From: Gammaproteobacteria bacterium
GTDB lineage: Bacteria > Pseudomonadota > Gammaproteobacteria > GCA-002705445 > GCA-002716945
DNA: 64,000 nucleotides
Direction of reading: 5' to 3'
NCBI GenBank assembly: GCA_018667355.1
Contig: JABIVC010000009.1
Span: 18,665-82,664, forward strand
The notes beneath the pieces are model-generated. The model was not told where the DNA came from. It did not search any database and worked only from the letters and a program-made list of their open reading frames with translations. Below, in pieces: positions 1-9,547 of the stretch. The position numbers were made by a program, and so were the translations under genes. Positions within the stretch are counted from its first letter, which is position 1, and each line of letters starts with the position of its first letter.

Positions 1-2445
1 GTAGTGAATAAATTCCTCTCATGGAATGGCAGTATTCAAGATCAGACAGAGATTACGTTTTATCCTAGCAGAGTCATTATGCAGGATTTTACAGGAGTAC
101 CTGCAGTTGTTGATTTAGCATCTATGCGCGATGCTGTTAAAGAGTTAGATGGTGACCCTAGCTTGATTAACCCTCAATGTCAGACAGATTTAATCATAGA
201 TCACTCTGTTATGGTTGATCATTATGGAACAGAAGACTCAAAAGATTTAAATACACAGTTAGAGTACAAAAGAAATATCGAAAGATATAGATTATTAAAA
301 TGGGGACAAGGTGCATTCCGTAACTTGAGAATTGTTCCGCCCAATAATGGCATTATTCATCAGATTAACATTGAATATATTTCCCAGGTCATATTCAATA
401 AAGATAAAACACTATATCCAGATACAGTCGTAGGGACGGATTCTCATACCACAATGGTGAATGGTTTAGGTGTTCTCGGATGGGGCGTTGGAGGAATAGA
501 AGCTGAGGCTGCCATGTTAGGACAACCAATACCAATGTTACTACCTGAGGTAATTGGTTTTAACTTAACTGGTAAGTTATCAAAATCAACTACTGCAACA
601 GATTTAGTTTTAACTATAGTTGAACAACTCCGAAAAGCCAATGTTGTAGGAAAATTTGTAGAGTTTTATGGTGATGCTCTAGACCACCTATCTATTGCAG
701 ACCGTTGTACTATTGCTAATATGGCACCTGAGTATGGGGCTACATGTGGTTTTTTCCCAATAGATGATATGACTTTAAGTTATATGGATACAACCGGCAA
801 AGATAAAGCCCATGTTAAAATAATTGAAGAATATTCTAAAAAAGTTGGATTATTTAGAAACGATTCCGATAAAATTATTTATAGCAACAGTTTGAGTCTT
901 GATATCTCTACAGTCCAGTCATGTCTTTCAGGGCCAAAAAGACCTGAAGATAGAGTTAATCTTGGGGATGTTAAAACAGTTGTAACAGATGAAATTAAAA
1001 AACAAAAAAAATCTAAGCATCAAAATGATTCGGGTTTAGCAGATGGTGCGATTATGATTGCAGCTATTACAAGCTGCACTAATACATCAAACCCTAGTGT
1101 AATTATTGGTGCTGGTTTATTAGCTAAAAAAGCCGTTGAGAAAGGTTTGAAAGTAAAAGATTGGGTAAAAACATCTTTAGCACCTGGATCAAGAGTAGTC
1201 AAAAATTATCTAGAAAAGGCTAAATTAAGTGAATACTTCGATAAGCTAGGTTTTAATATAATAGGGTATGGATGTACAACATGTATTGGTAACTCAGGGC
1301 CACTGAAAGACAAGTATACTGATGAGATCACAAATAAGGATCTTATTGTAAGTTCAATACTTTCTGGAAATAGAAATTTTGAAGGTAGAATTCACCCAGA
1401 AATTAAGATGAATTTTTTGGCATCACCAATGCTAGTAATCGCTTACTCTTTAGTGGGTCAAATTGGGCTTGATATCTCGACAGAGAGTCTTGGTAAAGAT
1501 ACAAATGGAAAAGATGTGTACTTAGATGATATCTGGCCATCTTCTGAAGAAATTGCTTCTGTTGTACATGATAATATAGATAGAAAAATGTTTACAGATT
1601 CATATTCTGATTTATTTGAAGGAGATTCAAACTGGAAGGATATTAGCACAGCAGATTCTGAATATTTTGATTGGCAAGATGACTCCACTTATATCCAACC
1701 GTCACCTTTCTTTGAAAACATTAATGAGGAATTACATAAGCTTGAATCAATAACTAATGCATACCCATTGTTAATACTTGGAGATAGCGTAACAACAGAT
1801 CATATTTCACCTGCAGGATCTTTCAAAGATACAACTCCTGCGGGAAAATTTTTAGTTAAAAATGGAACTCAAGTAGCAGATTTTAATTCCTATGGCTCCA
1901 GAAGAGGTAACTATAGGATTATGCAGAGGGGAACTTTTGCAAATATTAGAATTGCTAATAAGCTTGTGCCAGAAACAACTGGCGGATTTACATTACATCT
2001 GCCTTCTAACGAGCAAATGCCTATATTTGATGCCGCAGAAAAGTATCGTCAATCCAATGATAATCTTATTGTTTTCGCTGGTAAAAACTATGGGTGCGGA
2101 TCTTCAAGAGACTGGGCAGCAAAAGGAACTAAGTTATTAGGTGTTAAGGCTGTAATAGCTGAGAGTTTTGAACGTATTCATCGTTCTAATCTTGTAGGAA
2201 TGGGAGTTTTGCCACTTGAGTATATGGAGAATGAAACATTTGAGTCTTTAGGTTTAGATAAATTATCACAATTTACGATAAATAAGATAAACATAAATGA
2301 TAAAGTTGTAAAAGTTACAACTTCTAAAAATAATAGTCCGTTTGAGTTTAATCTTAAAATTAGAATAGATACAGCAATGGAATGGAATTATTTTATGAAT
2401 GATGGAATTCTAAATTATGTATTAAAAAATATAGCTAGCTCTTAG
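1..2445 (+). CDS. acnA: Aconitate hydratase AcnA, 5' end outside the window
   Basis: Motifs RVIMQDFTGVP, GTDSHTTM, AITSCTNTSN, GYGCTTCIGNSG, SGNRNFEGR and GSSRDWAAKG. The reading frame is open from base 1, so the track's GTG at 4 is probably not the true start. Confidence 0.97.
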   Translation, partial: VVNKFLSWNGSIQDQTEITFYPSRVIMQDFTGVPAVVDLASMRDAVKELDGDPSLINPQCQTDLIIDHSVMVDHYGTEDSKDLNTQLEYKRNIERYRLLKWGQGAFRNLRIVPPNNGIIHQINIEYISQVIFNKDKTLYPDTVVGTDSHTTMVNGLGVLGWGVGGIEAEAAMLGQPIPMLLPEVIGFNLTGKLSKSTTATDLVLTIVEQLRKANVVGKFVEFYGDALDHLSIADRCTIANMAPEYGATCGFFPIDDMTLSYMDTTGKDKAHVKIIEEYSKKVGLFRNDSDKIIYSNSLSLDISTVQSCLSGPKRPEDRVNLGDVKTVVTDEIKKQKKSKHQNDSGLADGAIMIAAITSCTNTSNPSVIIGAGLLAKKAVEKGLKVKDWVKTSLAPGSRVVKNYLEKAKLSEYFDKLGFNIIGYGCTTCIGNSGPLKDKYTDEITNKDLIVSSILSGNRNFEGRIHPEIKMNFLASPMLVIAYSLVGQIGLDISTESLGKDTNGKDVYLDDIWPSSEEIASVVHDNIDRKMFTDSYSDLFEGDSNWKDISTADSEYFDWQDDSTYIQPSPFFENINEELHKLESITNAYPLLILGDSVTTDHISPAGSFKDTTPAGKFLVKNGTQVADFNSYGSRRGNYRIMQRGTFANIRIANKLVPETTGGFTLHLPSNEQMPIFDAAEKYRQSNDNLIVFAGKNYGCGSSRDWAAKGTKLLGVKAVIAESFERIHRSNLVGMGVLPLEYMENETFESLGLDKLSQFTINKININDKVVKVTTSKNNSPFEFNLKIRIDTAMEWNYFMNDGILNYVLKNIASS

Positions 2446-3061
2446 TAATTTCTAGATACTTATCTATTGATTTAGAAAATGAGGACTTAAATACAACTAA
2501 CTTCCATTTAGTTCCGCCAAGCTGCTGCCATAAAAGTGTTGCTCTTACCCCAGCGAATAATGCGGTTCTGATTCTAGATGCTTGAAGAGGATTTGTAAGA
2601 TGGGTATTATCTCCATTTACAATAATTCTTGGCTCAAATTTACTTAATGTCTGTTGATATATTTCTGATAACCTATTCGTTTTTTGATCAGTATCTAGAT
2701 TATCGCCATCATCTTTTAATTCTTTCAACAGCTTTTGCATTAGAATTATAATTTCAGAATTCTTCATAAGATTATTTGCTAGCAATCGTAGTGATACAAT
2801 GTATCTCCTTGTCTCGCTACTTCTCGTGAATATATCACCGATCATTTGTTTTCTTAAATATTCCAAACCTGGCTTCATTTCATTAATATCAAGGTATATA
2901 TCAGTGAGATTTGCAGAATTCATTTCTAATATACTATTAATCAATGGAAGAAAGTTTCCTTCATTGTATTCACCATTCCATGCAATATCTGAGACTGCTT
3001 GGCAGCATTGATACAATCCTGCTAAAGCAATAGTTTGATCATCTATATTTTTTATCAACAT
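2435..3061 (-). CDS. hflD: High frequency lysogenization protein HflD
   Basis: Motifs TIALAG, PRIIVNG and RTALFAGVRATLLWQQLGG; canonical position downstream of mnmA. Confidence 0.93.
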   Translation of the reverse strand: MLIKNIDDQTIALAGLYQCCQAVSDIAWNGEYNEGNFLPLINSILEMNSANLTDIYLDINEMKPGLEYLRKQMIGDIFTRSSETRRYIVSLRLLANNLMKNSEIIILMQKLLKELKDDGDNLDTDQKTNRLSEIYQQTLSKFEPRIIVNGDNTHLTNPLQASRIRTALFAGVRATLLWQQLGGTKWKLVVFKSSFSKSIDKYLEITKS

Positions 3062-4134
3062 ACGTAGCTAATTATTGCTCCTCCAACACATTCTTCTTCA
3101 TCATATAATACAGCTGACTGCCCAGGCGTTATAGCTCTTTCTCTTTCAGATAAATTCAAATAATACTTGTTATCACTTTGCATAATAGTTACAGGGATTA
3201 ACTTTCCTCCATGCCTAAATCTTGCCTTAAGAACTTTTTCTAAAGCAGGGCAACCTTGAATCCAGTTAATATTTTCTAGGCCTACTTTACCAGTGGAAAA
3301 TAGTCTGTCATGATCTTGACTTATAATTAATATATTTTTATCAACATCTTTTTTCAGAACAAACCATGGCTTCTCGCTATAATTTTTCTGGCCACCAATT
3401 TTAATCCCTTTGCGTTGACCTATAGTATAGTTAAATAATCCGGCATGTTCACCTAGCATATAACCATCCTCATCACATATTTTTCCAGGCTTAGTGTCTA
3501 TATATTTTTTAATAAAACTTGAGAAATCTCTTTTCCCTATAAAACATATACCCATGCTTTCTTTTTTTTCGTAAATAGATAAATCAAAATCTTTGGCAAT
3601 ATTTTTAACTTGATCTTTATCAATATTTTCAAGTGGAAACATTAAGTTCTCCATAATTTTTTGATTAAGCATATATAGGAAATATGTTTGATCCTTTGTT
3701 TTATCTTTAGGCATATTCAAAGTAAGACCGGCTTTATTCTCTTTAAGCATCGCATAGTGCCCAGTCGCAACTTTGTCACATCCAAGTGATAATGCATATT
3801 TCATAAAGTAGTTAAATTTAATTTCCTGATTACAAAAGATGTCAGGGTTTGGAGTCAAACCCAAGTTCAATTCATCAATAAATCTCTTGAAGACTAAGTC
3901 CCAATACTTATCTGAAAAATTTACAGTAGTGAGAGTTATACCTAGTTTTTTGGATACTCGTAGAGCATCTTCATAGTCTTTTTTTGAATTACAAGCATCG
4001 TTTTTATCATCCTCTTCCCAGTTTTTCATGAATATACCAGATATGTCATAACCTGATTCTTTTAATAATACAGCTGATATTGAAGAATCTACACCACCTG
4101 ACATACCAACTATGATTTTTTTATTAGAATTCAT
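3055..4134 (-). CDS. mnmA: tRNA 2-thiouridine(34) synthase MnmA
   Basis: Motifs GMSGGVDSS, PNPDIFCNQEIKF, ATGHYA, KDQTYFL, GICFIG and GQRKG. Confidence 0.97.
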   Translation of the reverse strand: MNSNKKIIVGMSGGVDSSISAVLLKESGYDISGIFMKNWEEDDKNDACNSKKDYEDALRVSKKLGITLTTVNFSDKYWDLVFKRFIDELNLGLTPNPDIFCNQEIKFNYFMKYALSLGCDKVATGHYAMLKENKAGLTLNMPKDKTKDQTYFLYMLNQKIMENLMFPLENIDKDQVKNIAKDFDLSIYEKKESMGICFIGKRDFSSFIKKYIDTKPGKICDEDGYMLGEHAGLFNYTIGQRKGIKIGGQKNYSEKPWFVLKKDVDKNILIISQDHDRLFSTGKVGLENINWIQGCPALEKVLKARFRHGGKLIPVTIMQSDNKYYLNLSERERAITPGQSAVLYDEEECVGGAIISYVC

Positions 4135-4212
4135 TATTTATATTTGTTAATTGCACTACTTAATAGTATCATCTACGCTAAATTATAATATATCGATGTT
4201 CAAGAGGTAACA

Positions 4213-5496
4213 ATGAATAAACTTAGATCTGCAAATGAAATCCAAAAAGACTGGGATACTAATCCTAGATGGAAAAATGTAAAACGAGACTATACAGCTG
4301 AAGAAGTCGTAAGATGTAGTGGTAGTGTGAGAATAGAGCATACTTTAGCTAAAAATGGCGCTGAAAAACTATGGAATCTGATTAATACTGAAGATTTTGT
4401 GAATGCTTTAGGAGCTTTAACCGGTAATCAAGCAATGCAACAAGCAAAAGCAGGTTTAAAAGCAGTTTATTTATCAGGTTGGCAAGTTGCTGGTGATGCT
4501 AATACTGGAATGCAGATGTATCCAGATCAATCACTATATCCAGTAGATAGTGTACCAAGTGTTGTTAAAAGAATTAATAACTCTCTAAGAAGAGCGGATC
4601 AATTAAATATTGCTGAAGGTAATGAGATAATTGACTATATGTTGCCTATAGTTGCTGACGCAGAAGCTGGCTTTGGTGGCGTTCTAAATGCTTTCGAGCT
4701 TATGAAGGCGATGATCGAAGCAGGTGCAGCAGGTGTTCATTTTGAAGACCAACTTGCATCAGCTAAAAAATGTGGTCATATGGGTGGAAAAGTTCTTGTT
4801 CCAACTCAAGAAGCAGTTCAAAAACTTGCTGCTGCAAGATTAGCAGCAGATGTTTCTGATGTCCCAACTGTTCTTCTAGCAAGAACCGATGCTGAAGCTG
4901 CAAACCTAATTACTAGTGACATTGACCCAAGAGACAAAGAGTTTTGTACGGGTGATAGGACTGCAGAAGGTTTTTATAGAGTTAATAATGGAATAGAGCA
5001 AGCTATATCCCGTGGGTTAGCGTATGCTCCATATGCTGATTTAGTTTGGTGTGAAACTGGAGTTCCAGATCTAGCATTTGCTAAACAATTTGCTGAAGCT
5101 TTGAAAAAAGAACATCCAGAGCAATTGTTAGCTTATAATTGTTCTCCTTCGTTTAATTGGAAGAAAAAACTTGATGACTCTCAAATAGCTAAATTCCAAA
5201 AAGAATTAGGCGCTATGGGATATAAATTCCAGTTTATTACTTTGGCTGGTTTTCATGCTTTGAATCATAGCATGTTTGAATTAGCAAAAGGTTATAATGA
5301 AAGTCAAATGACAGCTTATGTTAAATTACAAGAAGCAGAATTTGCATCAGAAAAAGATGGATATACTGCTACTAAACATCAAAGAGAAGTAGGAACTGGT
5401 TATTTCGACACAGTAACACAAGTTATTCAAGGCGGAACTTCTTCAACTACAGCTCTTACAGGTTCTACAGAAGAAGAGCAGTTTGACGAAAAATAA
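4213..5496 (+). CDS. aceA: Isocitrate lyase
   Basis: Catalytic signature KKCGHMGGK, plus [16 protein letters not shown] and [12 protein letters not shown]; GAGG SD upstream. Confidence 0.98.
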   Translation: MNKLRSANEIQKDWDTNPRWKNVKRDYTAEEVVRCSGSVRIEHTLAKNGAEKLWNLINTEDFVNALGALTGNQAMQQAKAGLKAVYLSGWQVAGDANTGMQMYPDQSLYPVDSVPSVVKRINNSLRRADQLNIAEGNEIIDYMLPIVADAEAGFGGVLNAFELMKAMIEAGAAGVHFEDQLASAKKCGHMGGKVLVPTQEAVQKLAAARLAADVSDVPTVLLARTDAEAANLITSDIDPRDKEFCTGDRTAEGFYRVNNGIEQAISRGLAYAPYADLVWCETGVPDLAFAKQFAEALKKEHPEQLLAYNCSPSFNWKKKLDDSQIAKFQKELGAMGYKFQFITLAGFHALNHSMFELAKGYNESQMTAYVKLQEAEFASEKDGYTATKHQREVGTGYFDTVTQVIQGGTSSTTALTGSTEEEQFDEK

Positions 5497-5529
5497 TAAA
5501 TATTTTTCTCCCTCAAACTGAAAAGTTAT

Positions 5530-6849
5530 ATGATTAAATATAATATACCGAATGGTGGAGAGGTAATATCGTTTCAGGGTGGAGCGATAAACACCCCTGA
5601 CAAACCCATCATACCTTATATAATTGGTGATGGCATTGGAATGGATGTCACGCCAGTTATGAAGAGGGTTCTTAATTATGCAATTGGAAAAGCATACGGT
5701 GTCTCCAGAGAAATTAAATGGATGGAGATATATGCTGGTCAGCAAGCAAAAGAAAGTAGTAACGAATTACTCCCTCAAGAAACAATTGATGCAATGAAGA
5801 AATATAGAGTTTCAATTAAAGGGCCGTTAACTACACCTGTAGGGAATGGATTTAAATCTCTAAATGTGACTATAAGACAAAAACTTGATTTGTATGCATG
5901 CGTTAGACCGATTAGATATTTTCCGGGCACAAGCAGCCCTATGGTTGAGTCAAATTTAACTGATATGACGGTTTTTAGGGAAAATACCGAAGATCTTTAT
6001 ACTGGAATTGAATGGAAGGCTAACTCAGAGGGAGCAAAAAAAATAATTAATTTTATTAAAGAAGAGTTAGGTGAATCCCCGTTTCGTTTTGAGAATAATT
6101 GTGGAATCGGAATTAAACCCGTGTCTCGAGAAGGGTCAGAAAGGCTTATTAACATGGCTATTGAATATGCATTAAATGAAAAAAAGGATTTTTTAACCAT
6201 TGTTCATAAGGGCAACATAATGAAATATACAGAAGGTGCATTTAGGGATTGGGCGTATGGTTTAGTGAAAGACAAATATAATGGAACCATGAACGATGAT
6301 GGGACATTTTCAATATCAAATATTGGAGCAAAACATATTTTAACAGTCAAAGATTGTATAGCTGATAATTTTTTACAACAAATAATTTTAGTACCTGAGC
6401 AACATGAGGTTATCGCTACTCTTAATTTGAATGGTGACTATATATCAGATGCTTTGGCTGCACAGGTAGGAGGAATAGGAATAGCTCCTGGTGCTAATAT
6501 TGGTGAAGGTGTAGCTGTTTTTGAAGCGACACATGGTTCGGCAGAATCATTTGCTGGTAAAAATAGAGTTAATCCGAGTTCAATTATATTATCTGGTGAA
6601 ATGATGCTTAGATATATGGGGTGGGATGAGGCAGCAGATTTTGTACTCAAAGGTGTCAAGGGAGCAATACAGAAAAAACAACTTACTTTTGATTTAGCTC
6701 GGGCAAGAGCTGGTAGAAAATTTATTAGACCAAAATCTAAAGAAAAACATACTGCTGAAGAAATTCAAAAAGAGTTGATTACATTAGTTCCAGGAGCAAC
6801 TTTAGTTAGCACAGAAGGATTTGGTGATGCAGTTATAGATAATATGTAA
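5530..6849 (+). CDS. icd: Dimeric isocitrate dehydrogenase with an atypical cofactor pocket and a C-terminal insertion
   Basis: Motifs GDGIG, KGPLTTPVG, FRENTEDLY, VHKGNIMK, NLNGDYISD and FEATHG, collinear with E. coli Icd. Confidence 0.95.
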   Translation: MIKYNIPNGGEVISFQGGAINTPDKPIIPYIIGDGIGMDVTPVMKRVLNYAIGKAYGVSREIKWMEIYAGQQAKESSNELLPQETIDAMKKYRVSIKGPLTTPVGNGFKSLNVTIRQKLDLYACVRPIRYFPGTSSPMVESNLTDMTVFRENTEDLYTGIEWKANSEGAKKIINFIKEELGESPFRFENNCGIGIKPVSREGSERLINMAIEYALNEKKDFLTIVHKGNIMKYTEGAFRDWAYGLVKDKYNGTMNDDGTFSISNIGAKHILTVKDCIADNFLQQIILVPEQHEVIATLNLNGDYISDALAAQVGGIGIAPGANIGEGVAVFEATHGSAESFAGKNRVNPSSIILSGEMMLRYMGWDEAADFVLKGVKGAIQKKQLTFDLARARAGRKFIRPKSKEKHTAEEIQKELITLVPGATLVSTEGFGDAVIDNM

Positions 6850-6854
6850 TCGTT

Positions 6855-7073
6855 TTATTTATCTCTGAATATTATTCTGCCTTTAGACAAGTCATATGGA
6901 GTTAGCGCTACCATAACTTTGTCACCTCTAAGAATTCGTATATAATGCTTTCTTATCTTTCCAGATATATGAGCAGTAACAACATGTCCGTTTTCTAGCT
7001 CAACCTTGAACATGGTATTCGGCAAAGTTTCAATTACTTTCCCAGACATTTCTATTTGTTCATCTTTTGACAT
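6855..7073 (-). CDS. infA: Translation initiation factor IF-1
   Basis: 72 aa, [30 protein letters not shown]...RIIFR. Confidence 0.98.
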   Translation of the reverse strand: MSKDEQIEMSGKVIETLPNTMFKVELENGHVVTAHISGKIRKHYIRILRGDKVMVALTPYDLSKGRIIFRDK

Positions 7074-7135
7074 AATTTATTTTAAACTGTAAATTAGAAG
7101 TTGTTCTATTATAACAAAATTTGAGTTAATAGTGT

Positions 7136-7564
7136 ATGAATATAAATATTGGTTCTAGGCAGACAGATGATTTTAAAATTATGAATTTTGATCATCTTAT
7201 GAAGATCTATGAAAATAATTATTATCTTTTTAAAAAGGTAATTACTTCACTTAGGGATAATAGTTCGATGTCAACAATCGTGTTTAATAATAATGTCATG
7301 CAATATGAGCCTATTACGATTACCAAATATACAGATATATTTAAATTTTATTATAAATATAAGTCTCCCTTTTATCCTGGAAATAGTTACTCAATTAAAC
7401 CTCACCTATTATTCACGCTCTATAAAGACGCAAGGTTGCTTGAAGTTAAGTCATTAGGTCAAAACAAGGATTTTGACGAAAATATCAGAAACAAAATAAA
7501 AGTTAATTTAAATATTTATTTCTGGTTAAAGAGTATTTTGAAAAATAATCATACATATCAATAA
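7136..7564 (+). CDS. DUF1249 (YqiB-like) protein
   Basis: YENNY, TKYT, LYKDARLLEV and a terminal N-x-x-x-x-x-WL pattern resemble DUF1249; recognised by eye. Confidence 0.6.
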   Translation: MNINIGSRQTDDFKIMNFDHLMKIYENNYYLFKKVITSLRDNSSMSTIVFNNNVMQYEPITITKYTDIFKFYYKYKSPFYPGNSYSIKPHLLFTLYKDARLLEVKSLGQNKDFDENIRNKIKVNLNIYFWLKSILKNNHTYQ

Positions 7565-7695
7565 TATATAAGGTATATCGATAATATATATAAATATTTA
7601 TGTTTTTAACTGATTGCTCGAGAGTCTTGTAAATCACATATTTATCCCATAACATATATACAAAGGGGTAATTGAAACTTATAAGGAGAGTTAAG

Positions 7696-8139
7696 ATGAA
7701 ATTATCAGCAAAAGGACGATATGCGATTAAGGCTATGATCAATATCGCTTTAAACACATCAAAAGAGCCAAAAACCTTGCTTCAAATAGCAAAACATCAG
7801 GGTATTTCTTTATCATACTTGGAACAATTGTTTGCTCTGTTGAGGAAACATAACCTAGTATCTGGTATACGAGGACCTGGAGGAGGGTATAAGCTTTCAG
7901 ATTTGCCCGAAAATATCACAATAGCACAGATTATCAATGCAATTAACAGTGATACTGTGGTTAACGATGCTTCCGAGAGGAAAGATGAGGTGATTTGGTC
8001 AAAATTCAGTGCTAAACTATGTAACTACTTGGAAACTGTTACACTGGGTAGCTTGATATCGGAGAATAACTCTGTGAATATCACTGATTCAGCTGCAACT
8101 GAAACTGTAGTAGATAAAATTATGGTAAATGGGATTTAG
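7696..8139 (+). CDS. Rrf2-family, IscR-like transcriptional regulator lacking the Fe-S cluster ligand loop
   Basis: MKLSAKGRYA, ISLSYLEQLF and RGPGGGY. Start moved to ATG 7696, which follows an AGGAG SD. Confidence 0.9.
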   Translation: MKLSAKGRYAIKAMINIALNTSKEPKTLLQIAKHQGISLSYLEQLFALLRKHNLVSGIRGPGGGYKLSDLPENITIAQIINAINSDTVVNDASERKDEVIWSKFSAKLCNYLETVTLGSLISENNSVNITDSAATETVVDKIMVNGI

Positions 8140-8158
8140 CTTAAACCGGAGAAAATAG

Positions 8159-8539
8159 ATGGCTTATAGCGATAAAGTGTTAGATCATTACGAAAATCCT
8201 CGTAATGTCGGAAAGTTTGACAATGATGATACAACTGTAGGCACAGGTATGGTCGGTGCACCAGCATGTGGTGACGTCATGAGGCTACAGATTAAAGTAA
8301 ATGATGATGGTGTTATTGAGGATGCAAAGTTTAAGACATACGGATGTGGCTCTGCAATAGCCTCTAGCTCATTACTTACTGAATGGGTCAAAGGGAAATC
8401 GTTGACCGAAGCATCTTTGATAAAGAACTCTGACATTGCCGAAGAACTAGCTCTTCCACCTGTAAAAATCCATTGCTCAGTGCTTGCTGAAGATGCAATT
8501 ACGGCTGCAATCGAAGATTACAAAAATAAAGCTAAATAA
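8159..8539 (+). CDS. iscU: Fe-S cluster scaffold IscU
   Basis: MAYSDKVLDHYENPRNVG, APACGD, YGCGSAIAS and LPPVKIHC. Confidence 0.98.
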   Translation: MAYSDKVLDHYENPRNVGKFDNDDTTVGTGMVGAPACGDVMRLQIKVNDDGVIEDAKFKTYGCGSAIASSSLLTEWVKGKSLTEASLIKNSDIAEELALPPVKIHCSVLAEDAITAAIEDYKNKAK

Positions 8540-8550
8540 GTAGTTAAATA

Positions 8551-8580
8551 TTGAAAAGTTAGTTATTTATTGCTTATAAT
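8551..8580 (+). promoter_or_regulatory. Putative sigma70 promoter of the DUF2892 gene
   Basis: TTGAAA (8551-8556), 18-nt spacer, TATAAT (8575-8580); GAGGAG SD downstream. Confidence 0.55.
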
Positions 8581-8610
8581 GTTATTTAAGTAACAGAGGA
8601 GATTGACGTT

Positions 8611-8823
8611 ATGGGAACAACTCTTAAAACAATGAGTACAAATGTTGGTGGTATGGAACGTATGCTAAGAATTGTAGCCGGTATAGCAATACTATACTTT
8701 ACAATGGCCGGTATGATTCCAATGCCTTGGGGATTAATTGGTATAGTCCCAATTCTAACTGGATCTTTGGGTTGGTGCCCATTGTATATTCCTTTTGGAA
8801 TCAGCACGATGAAAAATCAGTAA
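8611..8823 (+). CDS. DUF2892 (YgaP-like) small membrane protein
   Basis: NVGGMER-x-LR, two hydrophobic segments and GWCPLY-x-x-FGIST. Confidence 0.9.
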   Translation: MGTTLKTMSTNVGGMERMLRIVAGIAILYFTMAGMIPMPWGLIGIVPILTGSLGWCPLYIPFGISTMKNQ

Positions 8824-8845
8824 ATACTAAGTATTTATAAAATTT

Positions 8846-8872
8846 AGAGACGCTTCTGGCGTCTCTTTTTTT
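8846..8872 (+). terminator. Intrinsic terminator
   Basis: Perfect 8-bp stem AGAGACGC-ttctg-GCGTCTCT followed by a T tract. Confidence 0.88.
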
Positions 8873-8889
8873 ATAAGTAATTTTCTATT

Positions 8890-9522
8890 ATGAACAATTA
8901 TAATACTAAGCCAGTCTATTGGGAAAAAGCCAAAAATTATTTATCTAATAATGATAATATTATAAAGAAAATTATACAAAGTGTTGATAATAAACATTTT
9001 TTGACTAGGAACTCAACACCTTTTCAAACATTAGCTAACGCGATTATCGGTCAACAGATATCTGTGGCAGCAGCCTCAAGTGTTCTAAATAAGCTCAAAT
9101 CAAATATTGGCGGCTTGAGTCCTAAGAAATTATACTCAGCTAATAACTCAATGCTAACAAATTCTGGCTTATCTAGGCAAAAAATTGAATATTTAAGCAT
9201 TCTAGCCTCTAAATTTGTTACAAATCCTGATTATTTTTACGGTTTTAAGAATATGTCAGATAAAGACATAATAGATAAATTATGTGAATTAAAGGGGATA
9301 GGCGAATGGACGGCACAAATGTATCTAATCTTTCAGTTGAATAGACCAGATATTTTGCCATTAGCTGATATCGGCTTTGTGAATAGTGCAGTCAAGATAT
9401 ATGATATAAAAGAACCAAAATTACAGAATCTTTTGGAGGTTTCTAAGAAATGGGGTCATTATAAAACAGTCGCTGTATGGTATATTTGGAGAATAATTGA
9501 TCCTGAAGTTGTACAGTATTGA
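8890..9522 (+). CDS. alkA: DNA-3-methyladenine glycosylase II (AlkA-like, HhH-GPD)
   Basis: IIGQQISV, GLSRQKIEY, HhH motif LKGIGEWTAQM and catalytic Asp in LPLADIG. Confidence 0.85.
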   Translation: MNNYNTKPVYWEKAKNYLSNNDNIIKKIIQSVDNKHFLTRNSTPFQTLANAIIGQQISVAAASSVLNKLKSNIGGLSPKKLYSANNSMLTNSGLSRQKIEYLSILASKFVTNPDYFYGFKNMSDKDIIDKLCELKGIGEWTAQMYLIFQLNRPDILPLADIGFVNSAVKIYDIKEPKLQNLLEVSKKWGHYKTVAVWYIWRIIDPEVVQY

Positions 9523-9547
9523 CAAAATATTTTATGAAAAAAATAAT
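9519..9547 (+). promoter_or_regulatory. Possible sigma70 promoter upstream of the sigma-1.1 gene
   Basis: Perfect TTGACA (9519-9524), 17-nt spacer, AATAAT (9542-9547). It overlaps the start of the 46-codon ORF. Confidence 0.4.
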
